This document shows positions 1 to 10,872 of a DNA stretch of 64,000 nucleotides, piece by piece. The stretch comes from Promethearchaeota archaeon Loki_b32 (GTDB lineage: Archaea > Asgardarchaeota > Lokiarchaeia > Sigyniarchaeales > SOKP01): contig NJBH01000007.1 of assembly GCA_005223125.1 (NCBI GenBank), positions 85,097-149,096 of the forward strand, in the 5' to 3' direction. A program made the position numbers and the translations under genes. How positions within the stretch are numbered: position 1 is the stretch's first letter; each line of letters opens with the position of its first letter. The notes beneath the pieces were generated by a model. The model ran no database searches, was not told the origin of the DNA, and saw nothing but the letters and a program-made list of their open reading frames with translations.

Positions 1-306
1 TTAATTATCATGGATGGTCTTATTGCCTTTGTAGATCGTGGACCAATGGAAGGTACTCGAAAGGAAGCAAATGTTTTTGTTGCTGGGACAGATAAGATTG
101 CAATTGATGCTGTTGGTGTTTCGATATTACGGATTCTTGGAACAACACCAGAAGTATCTAATGGTCCAATTTTTGAGCAAGAACAAATTAAAAGAGCAGT
201 AGAATTAGGAGTGGGAATAACTTCATCTGATGAAATTGAATTTATAACTGATTCTGAAGAAGCGGAAAAACTAGTGGCACAAATCAAAGAAAAACTAGAT
301 GAATGA
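1..306 (+). CDS. DUF362-family protein, C-terminal part (5' end outside window)
   Basis: Frame open from base 1; 'MDGLIAFVDRGP...GTDKIAIDAVGVSIL...AVELGVG' resembles the DUF362 C-terminus. Confidence 0.7.
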   Translation, partial: LIIMDGLIAFVDRGPMEGTRKEANVFVAGTDKIAIDAVGVSILRILGTTPEVSNGPIFEQEQIKRAVELGVGITSSDEIEFITDSEEAEKLVAQIKEKLDE

Positions 307-377
307 ATAGAATTTTTTTTATATGAATAAATAAAAACTAAAATTTTTACTTATTTTTATATTCCTTCTTGGCTTTC

Positions 378-761
378 TCATTCTCCTGACAAAGCGGCAT
401 GTGCTTTCTCTAAGTCATCAACTCCGAGAACTATTCTATTATTCTCAGCAAAATAGATTAGATCAATATTAACGCCAGCATCACCTATTTTACGAGCCAT
501 ATTCCCCCCTGTGCCAGGTTTTCCCACAATATGACCTAGATCTACAACGAGTACTTCACGCACGGCACGTACTTCAAAACCAGCATCTTCAAGTAACCAG
601 CGGGTTGTTTCTTCATCTTCAACCAAAATATGGACAAAGGCTTCATTTTTTAAGGGAAATCCACATAACCCTTCCATATTGATGCCATTCTTACCCAGAG
701 TTTCACCCATATCCGCTAATGTACCTGGTTGATTTTTTAAAACAACAGTTAAATCCTTCAA
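378..761 (-). CDS. ACT-domain (amino-acid binding) protein
   Basis: Two ACT-like repeats 'NQPGTLADMGETLGKNGINM' and 'KPGTGGNMARKIGDAGVNID'; AGGAGG SD upstream. Confidence 0.8.
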   Translation of the reverse strand: MKDLTVVLKNQPGTLADMGETLGKNGINMEGLCGFPLKNEAFVHILVEDEETTRWLLEDAGFEVRAVREVLVVDLGHIVGKPGTGGNMARKIGDAGVNIDLIYFAENNRIVLGVDDLEKAHAALSGE

Positions 762-937
762 TATTTATATCCTCCTATTATTATTTATTTAATTTATTAA
801 ATTAAATCTTATTTCGTTTTCACGAGATTTTTTTGCAATGCTTAATTATGTCTTTTCCCTATTTAAGCTTTCTTTTGAAATTTCTCTTTTATAAATAAAT
901 ATAAAAAAAGATATGGAAATAGAGGAGTATTATGTTT

Positions 938-3900
938 TTATAGTACTGAAATAAAATCTTCTGAAGACCTATAGATAACAATATCATTTACTATTAAAGT
1001 CCATTTGAATAGTATGATTATATGTTGTTCTGTACAATTAACAAAGCCATTTAAAATAAGTCCTTCGCCAGAAAAAAGAATATCGTCAATTAGAGTAAAA
1101 TTAATACCAGAAAGGGTTCCGGTGTCGAAAGTATAATTTTCTATTGGATAAAGATACGGTGGTACTAAAATTGAAAAGTCTCCACCATCTTCTCGATACA
1201 ATGAAAGATTAACCTTTATATTATAACCCGGAGCAGAAACACTTTCATTGAAATTTTCAAGTTCAATTCTAAAGCCCGCAAGATCGTTTGGCAAAGTCAT
1301 TGAGTTATCCATATTAAAATCAAAAGATATGGCAAATATTTTGACTATTATTGTTAAAATATTGGAAGTTGTATTCCCAAATTCATTCGATGCTTTCACG
1401 AGGAATTCATAAGTTCCAGAAGTTATATCAAAAATTGGATAAGTTGTCTGTGAACTGGGCAGATTTCCGATTAACAAGCTATTATTTCTATAGATTGAAT
1501 AACTTTCTGCAAGTTCAGATTCAGTCCAATTTAGTATAAAGGAACCATCAATATCAGGATTATCTGCATCACTTGATAAAATAAATGGTCTTGGCGCGAA
1601 ATTTTCTAAACTATCATACGCTTCAAATGCCTCTGATCCATAACCTACCTGTCGTGTGAAAGCATTTACGAATCCTGCTAATTTTAACTGTTGCAACCCT
1701 CCAACAGAACTATATGTAGGTATGTAATAATAAACTGTTCCTCCAAGGGGATATATAAGGGTATTTCCATTTCTGGCACCGGCAATTAAAGTAATTTCTT
1801 GTGTTGCTTCAGTTACATATGTATCTCTCGCAGTTTTAGGACCAATTAAGTTCTCAGTTGAATTTCTTGTATGATAAAAAATTGCTTCTCCAAAATTATC
1901 TCCATGCCTTATAACGTACATTCCTGCTAAAGTCCTCGCTTCTGTACCTTTATATTCTACCAAATCTAACCCTATAAATTCTATCCCATCTCCTAGATTT
2001 GTTTCGATATAGAAAAGATCTCCATTTTCCGGTCGTTCATGAAAATCATCTCCTCTCTTCCATTTCTTTAAGTCTTGCACATGATATTTATAATTTGCTT
2101 CTAATTGTAATTCGAATAAATTTTCAGGATATCTTAATTGAAATTTTAACCATGTAGGAATATCTTGCCAATCGTAAGCATCCATATAGTGCTTCCAAAG
2201 TGAGTATGTTGAATCAATGGTAGATTCTATTAAACTAGGATTTTTATACATAACCATTTCCCCATTTTTCACATCTACTAAACAGATTCCCAAAAATCGC
2301 AATATTGGAGAACGTGAATATGATCCTATATTTATTGAAGTAAAAATTGAAACTGCATAATACATCTTATTATTATAACTATCAAAAACTAAATAAGGAT
2401 CATAATCTATACTCAATTGAGGTAAAAGTATTTTTCGTACACGACTTTTCACGTTTCTATTAATCAAATAAGAGTATTCACCCCCTTCAAAAACATAACC
2501 CCATAATCCTAAGTTTACAGTATACCAGAATGCTTCTAAACCTTTAAGTACTCCATCTGGTTCACCTTCGTAAACATATTTATTGTTAGGAATTCCACCT
2601 CTCCAACCTGTATCAAGTAATATCGATTCATCATACGCTCCTAAACCCGGCTTAGAATTTTGTTGTTCTAAAAACTTCTTACTTTCAGATTCTCCAAAGA
2701 ATATTGGATAATCTTCAGAAATGTTAAAAATTGAACTAATATTAACTAACTCTCCTGTGAATGTATCCATTGCTAAGAATCCTTCAATGTGATCATATAA
2801 TTCAGTATTAGTTTTGACAGGATCTCCTGAAAATTGAGATAATCTAATAGATTTTGGAGCAACCCAATATTCTGTTCCATCTATATAAACTATGTCAGAA
2901 TCTGCTAATCCTTCGAATGTTGTACCTATTTTTGCTGCTAAACTCTGAACAGCAAAATCTTGATCGAATTGTCTTATCTGTGATATCATTTGAGTATCAT
3001 TCAAGGGATCTGATGATAAAGTAAAATTTTCTATTGATCGTTCTTCAATCATATCCAGTCCAGCACATGCACGTGTCCAAGAGATTTCCCTATTAATTTT
3101 TTGAGTCCATTCATATTGCGAATAAACAGATGTGTTGCTAATTGTTACTGCTGGACCAATACTAGTTAGAGCAGGTAAGGTTATGAGGAAAATAAGTACA
3201 CCAGCTATTATCCCCATTTTAATTCTCTGAGGTTTCAATATCACGTAATTTTTTGGATTTCTTTTTAATTTAATGCGTCCATAAATATACACTGAAATAC
3301 CTAACCCTATTAATCCTATAAAAGCAATAACTAATGACCACATTTGTAATAACTGAATCCCATTTAATGCAAAACTAGGTAAAGAAAAAAATATTATTCC
3401 ACAAAAAGAACCAATTATCATCAATGCGTTTGATATTATATTATAATCATTTCTTTTCAAATAAAAATTACTTGCAATGTTTAAAACCATTCTAAAAATT
3501 AAAATTCCTAAAATATAATAAATTAAGGGTAAATAAAGCCTCGAGTAGATAAAAATAAATTCAATATTGGTATTATTCGGATTTAGCAACACATCAAAAG
3601 CGTCGGTGAATAGTGTAAACGGTGATAGTGTTATTGCACCTTTTTCATACAAATACATAACCCATGAAAACTGACCATCGAAGTCCAATAGCATCCCAAT
3701 TAAATAAAACAGGACGAAACCACCAGTCCACCAAAAAATCAATGATTTTAGCCTAGAGGGTTTACCAAATCTTAGGCGGGTACCAATTATTGTTAATAAA
3801 TTTTGATTAGGCGGTAAACTCATTATTATACAGCCAGTAATAGCTCCAATTAAAGCTGTCTTATTAAAAAAGAAATTGATTGACCAGAAATTCAAAAAAT

Positions 3901-4249
3901 AGAATTCATAATAATTAAGCCCCCCGGCTTTATTCTCATAAAGTTGAGCATTTAAGTTAATTGGCCCAAACCAGGCTGGCCAAAACCAGAAGATCGATAA
4001 AATAACTAAAATTATTACTACAGTGGGTAATAAAATTTTTAAATATTTTTTAAATCTCGGAATTTTTTGAAACACAGAAGCTACAAGTGATTTTCTTGTA
4101 GGAGGCTTGCCAGATCCTTCAATTTTAGCAATATTCCCACGCTCTAGATTTTTTACTTGTTGTTGTACTTCATATTTTCTATTAACTTCCTGGCAATCTT
4201 CACAATAATAGTTAAACTTCTCGTGTTTTTCGCAAGATCTTTTTACCAT
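938..4249 (-). CDS. UPF0182 (COG1615)-like polytopic membrane protein with C-terminal FN3/Ig-like domain
   Basis: About 8-9 TM helices then a large soluble domain with 'RNVKSRVRKILLP...DYDPYLV' and 'LRYPENLFELQ' typical of UPF0182; 'LNWTES...YSIYRN...GTYEFLVKASNEFG' is FN3-like. Confidence 0.75.
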   Translation of the reverse strand: MVKRSCEKHEKFNYYCEDCQEVNRKYEVQQQVKNLERGNIAKIEGSGKPPTRKSLVASVFQKIPRFKKYLKILLPTVVIILVILSIFWFWPAWFGPINLNAQLYENKAGGLNYYEFYFLNFWSINFFFNKTALIGAITGCIIMSLPPNQNLLTIIGTRLRFGKPSRLKSLIFWWTGGFVLFYLIGMLLDFDGQFSWVMYLYEKGAITLSPFTLFTDAFDVLLNPNNTNIEFIFIYSRLYLPLIYYILGILIFRMVLNIASNFYLKRNDYNIISNALMIIGSFCGIIFFSLPSFALNGIQLLQMWSLVIAFIGLIGLGISVYIYGRIKLKRNPKNYVILKPQRIKMGIIAGVLIFLITLPALTSIGPAVTISNTSVYSQYEWTQKINREISWTRACAGLDMIEERSIENFTLSSDPLNDTQMISQIRQFDQDFAVQSLAAKIGTTFEGLADSDIVYIDGTEYWVAPKSIRLSQFSGDPVKTNTELYDHIEGFLAMDTFTGELVNISSIFNISEDYPIFFGESESKKFLEQQNSKPGLGAYDESILLDTGWRGGIPNNKYVYEGEPDGVLKGLEAFWYTVNLGLWGYVFEGGEYSYLINRNVKSRVRKILLPQLSIDYDPYLVFDSYNNKMYYAVSIFTSINIGSYSRSPILRFLGICLVDVKNGEMVMYKNPSLIESTIDSTYSLWKHYMDAYDWQDIPTWLKFQLRYPENLFELQLEANYKYHVQDLKKWKRGDDFHERPENGDLFYIETNLGDGIEFIGLDLVEYKGTEARTLAGMYVIRHGDNFGEAIFYHTRNSTENLIGPKTARDTYVTEATQEITLIAGARNGNTLIYPLGGTVYYYIPTYSSVGGLQQLKLAGFVNAFTRQVGYGSEAFEAYDSLENFAPRPFILSSDADNPDIDGSFILNWTESELAESYSIYRNNSLLIGNLPSSQTTYPIFDITSGTYEFLVKASNEFGNTTSNILTIIVKIFAISFDFNMDNSMTLPNDLAGFRIELENFNESVSAPGYNIKVNLSLYREDGGDFSILVPPYLYPIENYTFDTGTLSGINFTLIDDILFSGEGLILNGFVNCTEQHIIILFKWTLIVNDIVIYRSSEDFISVL

Positions 4250-4794
4250 ATCTATTCATCTTATTAATTAAAGTTAAAAATTGTAGTTATATTTAGATTA
4301 TAAGATCTTTTATTTTAAATCTTAGTATAAGGGATTTTAATAAGGAAAAAATTGAGTTAATTCTTTTTTGATGAATTATTATTATTTTATTTTAATTTCG
4401 CTTTTCCTTTTCTTAAAATCTTAAGAATATGGGAGTCACATAAAACCTCCGAGGATCCTATTAATAGTGATACTAATTATTAATTATCCAAAAAAAATAA
4501 AATAATAAAAAAAGGTATCTATCCATAAAAATTAATCATCTATTAGTATCCCTACTTATAAAATAGCTTCTTTACTTATTTTATAAGTAAAATTCTTTTT
4601 TTCTATTATCTGTAAAAATAGTTAAATTTAAGCAGAGAATCAATATCAGATTGGTAAGCTCTTATAAATTTTTATTTTATTTTTTAATTATACTAAAAAA
4701 ATCTAATTATGGCATAAATAAAAAAAGAAAAAATAAAATCTTTGCTCAAGAACATACTCCCTCCCTCTTACCATCTAAAATCTACCATCACTAC

Positions 4795-4844
4795 TTTACC
4801 GCTCCGGACATGCACAATTCCCTCATGCCCTAAGCCTGAACCTT
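4795..4844 (-). other. 3' half of the pre-23S processing stem (BHB motif)
   Basis: RNA AAGGUUCAG-GCUU-AGG-GCAUGAGG pairs with leader CCUUAUGC-AAGC-AAU-CUGAAUCUU (8334-8357): 4-bp central helix and two 3-nt bulges. Confidence 0.9.
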
Positions 4845-4964
4845 ATGGTTCCTCTTTCAACACCACACACTCGTGCTATTGAGAGTGGCGGGCTGAATAG
4901 GTCGCCCGAAAGCTCCCTACGTACACCCCCACCTCACTAACCCCGTCTTATACGGGTGCACTCG

Positions 4965-5132
4965 TCTCGCATACTCAGTTCGCGTCACCGCGCCCTGATC
5001 TCGTTAACTCGCAAATAATCCATTTAGATTATGATGTATTCTTATGATTAGCTTCTGACGATCACAGGTGTGTCTTACTAACCAACACCAACCTAAATAC
5101 ACCACTCACTCATTAACACTCGCTATACGAGA
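4965..5132 (-). other. Supersized ES39 expansion segment at 23S helix 98
   Basis: ~170 nt at the H98 position closed by the 9-bp stem UCUCGUAUA/UAUGCGAGA. Confidence 0.85.
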
Positions 5133-5321
5133 TTGGCTGACTATTTTCGGGTCCGACTTCGTGCTTAGATGCTTTCAGCACTTATCCGTTGGCGCGTGGC
5201 TGCCCGGCAATACCTTGTCAGATAACCGGTACACTAGAGGCGCCGGCAAAATGTTCCTCTCGTACTGATTTTCCCTTACCCTCAGTCAACCTACAAACCC
5301 AGTAGATAGAATCCGACCTGT

Positions 5322-5480
<159 letters not shown>

Positions 5481-5512
5481 TTAATGGGCGTACAGCCCCA
5501 CCCTTGGGAGTT

Positions 5513-5544
5513 ATGCGCCACAGCTCCTCTGCGGAACTGCGTAT
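5513..5544 (-). other. ~32-nt insertion in 23S helix 91 loop, probable BHB mini-intron
   Basis: H91 tip is 49 nt rather than the usual ~18; GCGC/GCGC central helix with ACA and AUA bulges and an internal hairpin CGCAGUUCC/GGAGCUGUG. Confidence 0.65.
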
Positions 5545-6141
5545 GTGCGCTCCCAGGATAGGAAGAGCCGACATCGAGGAAGCAAGCCACGAGGTCGATA
5601 GGAACTCTTACTCGTGACAACTCTGTTACCCCCGGGGTAATTTTTCTATCACCTTAACCAGCCACACGAGCTCAGTTAAGGATCGCTAGACCAGGCGTTA
5701 GCCTCAGGATTCCTTGGTGATCAGAATCCAGTCAGACCAGCTTTTGCTCTTAAACTCTTCAGCGGATTCCTGACCCGCCTGAGCTGATCATTGGTTACTC
5801 TAGATATTGTTTCTAGAGTGAGCCGCCCCAGCCAAACTGCCCACCTGCGGGTGTTCGATGCGATTTGCATCGTTAGTGATACCAGAGGGGAAAGCCGGTG
5901 TTCCAATGATGCTCCGCCGTGACCGAAATCGCGGCATCTACGCTCCCGACTACACTCTGTATCCAATCCAGGACCACAACAACAGGCTGCAGTAAAACTC
6001 CACGGGGTCTTCTCGTCCCACTGGGTTTCTCCGGACCGTTCGCCGGAGTGTAATTTCAATCGTCAGAAGGCTGGGACAATGGGGAGAACGTTGGACCATT
6101 CATGCACGTCTGAACTTACCAGACAAGGCATTTGGCTACCT

Positions 6142-6171
6142 TACTCTCGAGAGGTCGAGACGACGTATCGT
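6142..6171 (-). other. 30-nt BHB intron in 23S rRNA at L1927
   Basis: Interrupts CUCUUA|AGGUAGC; canonical BHB with CUCU/AGAG helix, two UA^A bulges, flanking CGA/UCG and ACU/GGU pairs. Confidence 0.93.
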
Positions 6172-7496
6172 TAAGAGAGTTATAGTTACTCCCGGCGTTT
6201 AGCAGGACTTACTCGGGTTGTAACCCGGATTTATCAGACTGCCACTGGCCAGGTTTCAGCCACTGTAAACAAGTTTTCACTCTATCAGTGACCTATGTTT
6301 TTATTAAACAGTCGTCCCCCCCTAGTTATTGCAACTTGTGAGCCCCTTCACACTGCCGAAGCTGCGTGAAGAAGTTCGCAAGCAAGCCTTCTCCCAAAGT
6401 TACGGCTCTAATTTGTCGATTTCCCTAGCCTCCTTTACACGAATACGCCTTAGGCTACTCACCTAGGGGCACCTGTGTCGGTTCTGGGTACGATCACGGC
6501 ATTTCTTACTTTTGCCTTTTTAATAGGTCCTGGGCTCGGCGGAACCTTCCACAATTGGATGGCTATTCATGGTTTAAGCTGGGTCTAAGTTTTACACTAT
6601 TCACCAGCTTTATGCATTTAAATAGGGAGATATTCGACGGCCCTATTCCACCTACCCTGAACCGTCAGCATAAAGTCGTGCGTCACCGCTATTCGTAGTG
6701 CCGTGGTACAGGAATATAAACCTGTTTCCCTTTCGCGCATACCAGTTAAGGGTACGCTTAGGATCGACTAACTCTTCGCTGACGACGCATTGCAAAGAAA
6801 CCCTTGCCCTTTCGGCGGATGGGATTCTAACCCATCTATGCTTTTACTATTACCAGGATGTTCACTCCGGGCAGATCCACAGGAACTCACGCACCTGCTT
6901 CTACTCTACCCGGACGCTCCCCTACCGGATCACGGGGTTCTTCCGCCCGTGCCCTTGGGTCTCGGTGGCAGATTTAAGCCCCGTCCATTTTCGGGGCTAT
7001 ATTTCTCGGCAAATGAGTTGTTACACACTCGTTAGGGAATGGCTACTTCTATACCTATCCTTTTGCTGTTTTAGAAATATAACGCCCTTCTGTTTAACAC
7101 TTAACCTGCACTTAGGGACCTTAACCCAAGTCTAGGTTGTTCCCTTCTCGGCGATGGACTTTACGCCCACCAACCCGTTTCCCAGAGTCTGCAGTGCCAG
7201 CAGTTTCGGAGTTTAAGAGCGGGGAGAGGAATTTCTTCCCCATACCACGCAATTAGTGCTCTACGCCACTGGCTGCCTCGTCTGAGACTTGGCTGATACC
7301 AACTTCGGGGAGAACCAGCTATCACCGATCTAGATTAGCCTTTTGCTCCTATTCCCAGTTCATCCAAGCGAATTGCACGTCAGCACTGGTGCAGACCTCC
7401 ATCGCCCTTTCGAACGACTTCATCTTGACCAGGAATAGATCGACCGGCTTCGGGTATTATAGCAGAGACTTTTGGCCCTTTGAGACCATTCTCCTG

Positions 7497-7585
7497 GCCT
7501 AATTCCTTAGAAGGATTAGCTAAACGTTGTTAGAATGGCATAACCACTCGTTAACGAGTAGGTCTTCCTAATGTGATAATTAGGT
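7497..7585 (-). other. Enlarged ES9 expansion segment (23S helix 31 region)
   Basis: ~90 nt bounded by the stem CCUAAUU/AAUUAGG, with internal hairpin ACUCG-UUAA-CGAGU. Confidence 0.75.
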
Positions 7586-8333
7586 TGCAAGAATATCGGT
7601 TTCCCTATGCCTACGCGCCGCAAGACGCTTAAGCTTGCCACTACTATAAACTCCCTGGCCAATGATTCCAGACTGATGATGCGACCCTAGTCCTCTGTAT
7701 TCTGATATTCTGTCACCAGAACTCATTCATGCAGAATCTGTCCTTTCAGGCCGCATCCTTAATAAGCTATTTGGTTTCAAGCACTTTTCACAGCCCTTCC
7801 GGGTTACTTTTCATCTTTTGTTCACACTACTACTACGCTATCGGTCTTGGGACATATTTAGATTTGCCAGCGTGTATCTGGCACATTCGTACGAGAAAAC
7901 CATCCCGCACTACTCAGGGACTCTTGCAGCAGCCATCTAGATTACGATTACGCGGCTGTCACGCTCTATGGCTCAGCATTCCAGAGGTATTCATCTTCTC
8001 TAGAGAGGCCGTACAAGGCCCATACACCACATTTCCCATAGGTTTCCCTTGGGATTCGGTTTGATCTGTTCCGCTTTCGCTCGCCGTTACTTACGGAATC
8101 ACTATTGTTTTCTTTTCCTCCTGGTACTAAAATGTTTTACTTCCCAGGGTTCCCCTTCCCTGACGGGAATCTTGCGGATTATTAAGCCGCAAGCGGATGT
8201 CCTATTCGAGAATCTCGGGGTCAGCGTCTTCATGCGACTAACCCGAGCTTATCGCAGCTTGTCACGCTCTTCATCGGTGCCCAAGCCAAGATATTCACCA
8301 AATAGCGGAGGCGTATTGGCGTTTAGTTGAGGA

Positions 8334-8380
8334 AAGATTCAGATTGCTTGCATAAGGGTTGCATATTCGGAGACGGTAAA
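8334..8380 (-). other. 5' half of the pre-23S processing stem (BHB motif)
   Basis: Complementary to 4795-4844, interrupted by the BHB bulges. Confidence 0.9.
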
Positions 8381-8969
8381 TGAATTAAGCATTTTTTTAA
8401 GCTTGCTCAATATCCTTAATGACGATTTGAGACGATAATTAGAAGACATAATTTAAAAAGGGAGTATGTTCCTATGAGCATGATTTTCATGCTTGGCGTA
8501 GCACATCGTTTCCTGTATCATCTCATTCATGGGGTATTTCATGCGCCGTGCTGAAGTTTTTCCTTCATGTTACTATCTTTGCCATCAAATTCTCGCATGT
8601 TTCGCCTTATGAGGTGTACTTCCACGAGGCGTTGCCAATTAAAGGTATATATCATCTATAAAAGATGAGATATCTTCTCACCAATAATTATCGATAGTAA
8701 AACTACCATCGACAAAATATTAGAGTAAATACTTGATTAAAAATTTTATGGTCTTATAACATAAACTTTAAAAGGGAAAACAAATAATTTGAGTAATTTT
8801 AATTATATAGTTAATAATCCTTGTTATTAATGAATGAGGGAAGTAACTGAGAGAGCAAATTAGAAAATATAGTAACTTTTATAGTTTAATTATGAATACC
8901 TTAAATTATTAATAATAGCCACATAAGATTTCGAAGGGATAGTGGAAAGTTTATTCAGAATAGTAGCTA

Positions 8970-9842
8970 ATGACGAGAAAGAAGATTTTAATAGGAACCT
9001 CGGGATGGGGTTATGATGAGTGGGTAGGCTCTTTTTATCCGAAGAGTATAAGGAAAAAGGATTATTTACTTTATTATTCAGAGATTTTTTATACTAATGA
9101 GATTAATACGACGTTTTATAACATTCCCCCGAGATGGATTGTTGAGAATTGGGTTAGTAAAACACCGAGGGATTTTTTATTTTCAGCAAAACTCCCTCAA
9201 TCGGTAACACATGAACATAAATTAGATACAAATCTATGTTTAGATGATTTAGACTATTTTTTAAAAGCAATGGAACCATTGATTGAATCGAAAAAGTTAT
9301 TGGCGTTTTTGGTTCAACTACCACCCGTTTTTAAAAAAGACGAGCATTTTAGCAATTTGAAGGAGTTTATTGATAATTGGCCGGGAAATCCTGAAAATGA
9401 TAATTACAATTTAGTTATTGAATTTAGAGATAAATCGTGGATGGATGATGAGGTTTTTCGATATTTAGAAGAGAAATCTTTAACTTATTGTGCGGTTATT
9501 GAACCCCTATTACCTCCAAGGATGGACGTAACAAATCCGTCTTTTGCATATATCAGATTTCATGGTTATGGTAAGGATATTTGGTTTGACTATTGTTTTA
9601 CTGAACAGGAAATACAAAAATGGGCGGTTCCAATTAAAGAGGTAATTCAGAAAACAGATAAAGTTGGAATTTATTTTAATAATCACTTTTCAGGATATGC
9701 AACTAAGAATTCATTGATGCTAATGAAAGAATTAGATATCAAACCTAAGACTTCGCCAGAAGCTGTAAGTCTTTTAGATATTAAGAAAAAGACAGGAGAA
9801 TATTCAAAGGGTCAAGTGGGTTTAGATAAATTTATTAAATAA
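8970..9842 (+). CDS. DUF72-family protein
   Basis: 'IGTSGWGY..W...FYP', 'EINTTFY', 'F.FSAKLPQSVTH', 'QLPP', 'YIRFHG', 'YFNN'. Confidence 0.93.
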   Translation: MTRKKILIGTSGWGYDEWVGSFYPKSIRKKDYLLYYSEIFYTNEINTTFYNIPPRWIVENWVSKTPRDFLFSAKLPQSVTHEHKLDTNLCLDDLDYFLKAMEPLIESKKLLAFLVQLPPVFKKDEHFSNLKEFIDNWPGNPENDNYNLVIEFRDKSWMDDEVFRYLEEKSLTYCAVIEPLLPPRMDVTNPSFAYIRFHGYGKDIWFDYCFTEQEIQKWAVPIKEVIQKTDKVGIYFNNHFSGYATKNSLMLMKELDIKPKTSPEAVSLLDIKKKTGEYSKGQVGLDKFIK

Positions 9843-9864
9843 TTTAAATGAGACACAACAAATT

Positions 9865-10872
9865 TTGACTAAACAAAACATAAGAATTGGTTTTATTGGA
9901 GCTGGTTCTATAGGAAGTCTATTTGGAGGGTATTTAGCAAAAATCCAATCTGATAATTATTCATTAGAAGTGATTTTTTTTAATACTAAACCTTTTGTTG
10001 ATGTAATAAACGAGGAAGGGTTAAAGTTGTTTAAAGATCAAGAGGTTATAATGATAAAGAATATAATAGCATATGAAAGTGAGAAATCTCTTGAAGAATT
10101 AATAAATCAGGATTCCTCTTTTCAATTTGATTTTTTGTTTCTTACAACAAAAGCGTATGATAATGAAAAAGCGATGCTCCAGTATAAGAAATTTTTTAAT
10201 GCGAGCAAATATTTAGTGATATTGCAGAATGGGATTGGAAATGAAGATATTGCAATACAATTTATTGAAAAAGCTAGAATTATAAGAGTGGTGACTACAG
10301 AAGGGGCTTTATTGGATAAACCGGGTCATTTGTATCACACAGGTGAAGGAATAACTAAGATAGGATTTCCATTTCTTAATGATCTTAATTTAAAACCTAA
10401 AGAATTAGAGCAGGCCGAATCAGATTTAAATTTATTGAACGACATTTTGAATTTAGCTGGTTTTGAAACAATTGTAGTAAGAGATATAATTATGGAAAGC
10501 TGGGAAAAAGTTTTTGTGAATATTGGGATCAATGCCGTTGGGGCTCTATCCCGTTTACCTAATGGAAAATTACTGGAAAATGAAGGATTGAGGTATTTAC
10601 TAGAACAAGCAGTAATAGAGTCAGTCAAAATCGCAAAGATGAAAGGTATTAAGCTTCCTGAAAAAGATTATATCTCAATAGCCTATGATGTTGCTGAAAA
10701 AACCGCAGATAATAAGAATTCGATGTTACAAGACATATTAAATAGAAAATCGACTGAAATTGATTTCATGAATGGGAGAATCTTAAAATACGCAATAGGG
10801 TTGGGTGTTAAAGTACCAGTTAATGAAATTTTAACATATTTAATAAAAGGGTTAGAACAATCAAAAAATTAA
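9865..10872 (+). CDS. panE: 2-dehydropantoate 2-reductase (ketopantoate reductase)
   Basis: GAGSIG Rossmann motif, LQNG, WEK..VN..IN, SMLQD..RKSTEIDFMNG. Confidence 0.92.
   Translation: MTKQNIRIGFIGAGSIGSLFGGYLAKIQSDNYSLEVIFFNTKPFVDVINEEGLKLFKDQEVIMIKNIIAYESEKSLEELINQDSSFQFDFLFLTTKAYDNEKAMLQYKKFFNASKYLVILQNGIGNEDIAIQFIEKARIIRVVTTEGALLDKPGHLYHTGEGITKIGFPFLNDLNLKPKELEQAESDLNLLNDILNLAGFETIVVRDIIMESWEKVFVNIGINAVGALSRLPNGKLLENEGLRYLLEQAVIESVKIAKMKGIKLPEKDYISIAYDVAEKTADNKNSMLQDILNRKSTEIDFMNGRILKYAIGLGVKVPVNEILTYLIKGLEQSKN

Noticed and set aside
4250-4857. 5S rRNA or CDS (4651-4833) downstream of 23S
   Set aside because: No 5S motifs; the ORF is low-complexity and overlaps the processing stem
8380-8700. 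SRP or RNase P RNA in the GC-richer region upstream of 23S
   Set aside because: Conserved SRP helix 8 and RNase P P4 motifs not found; treated as rRNA leader
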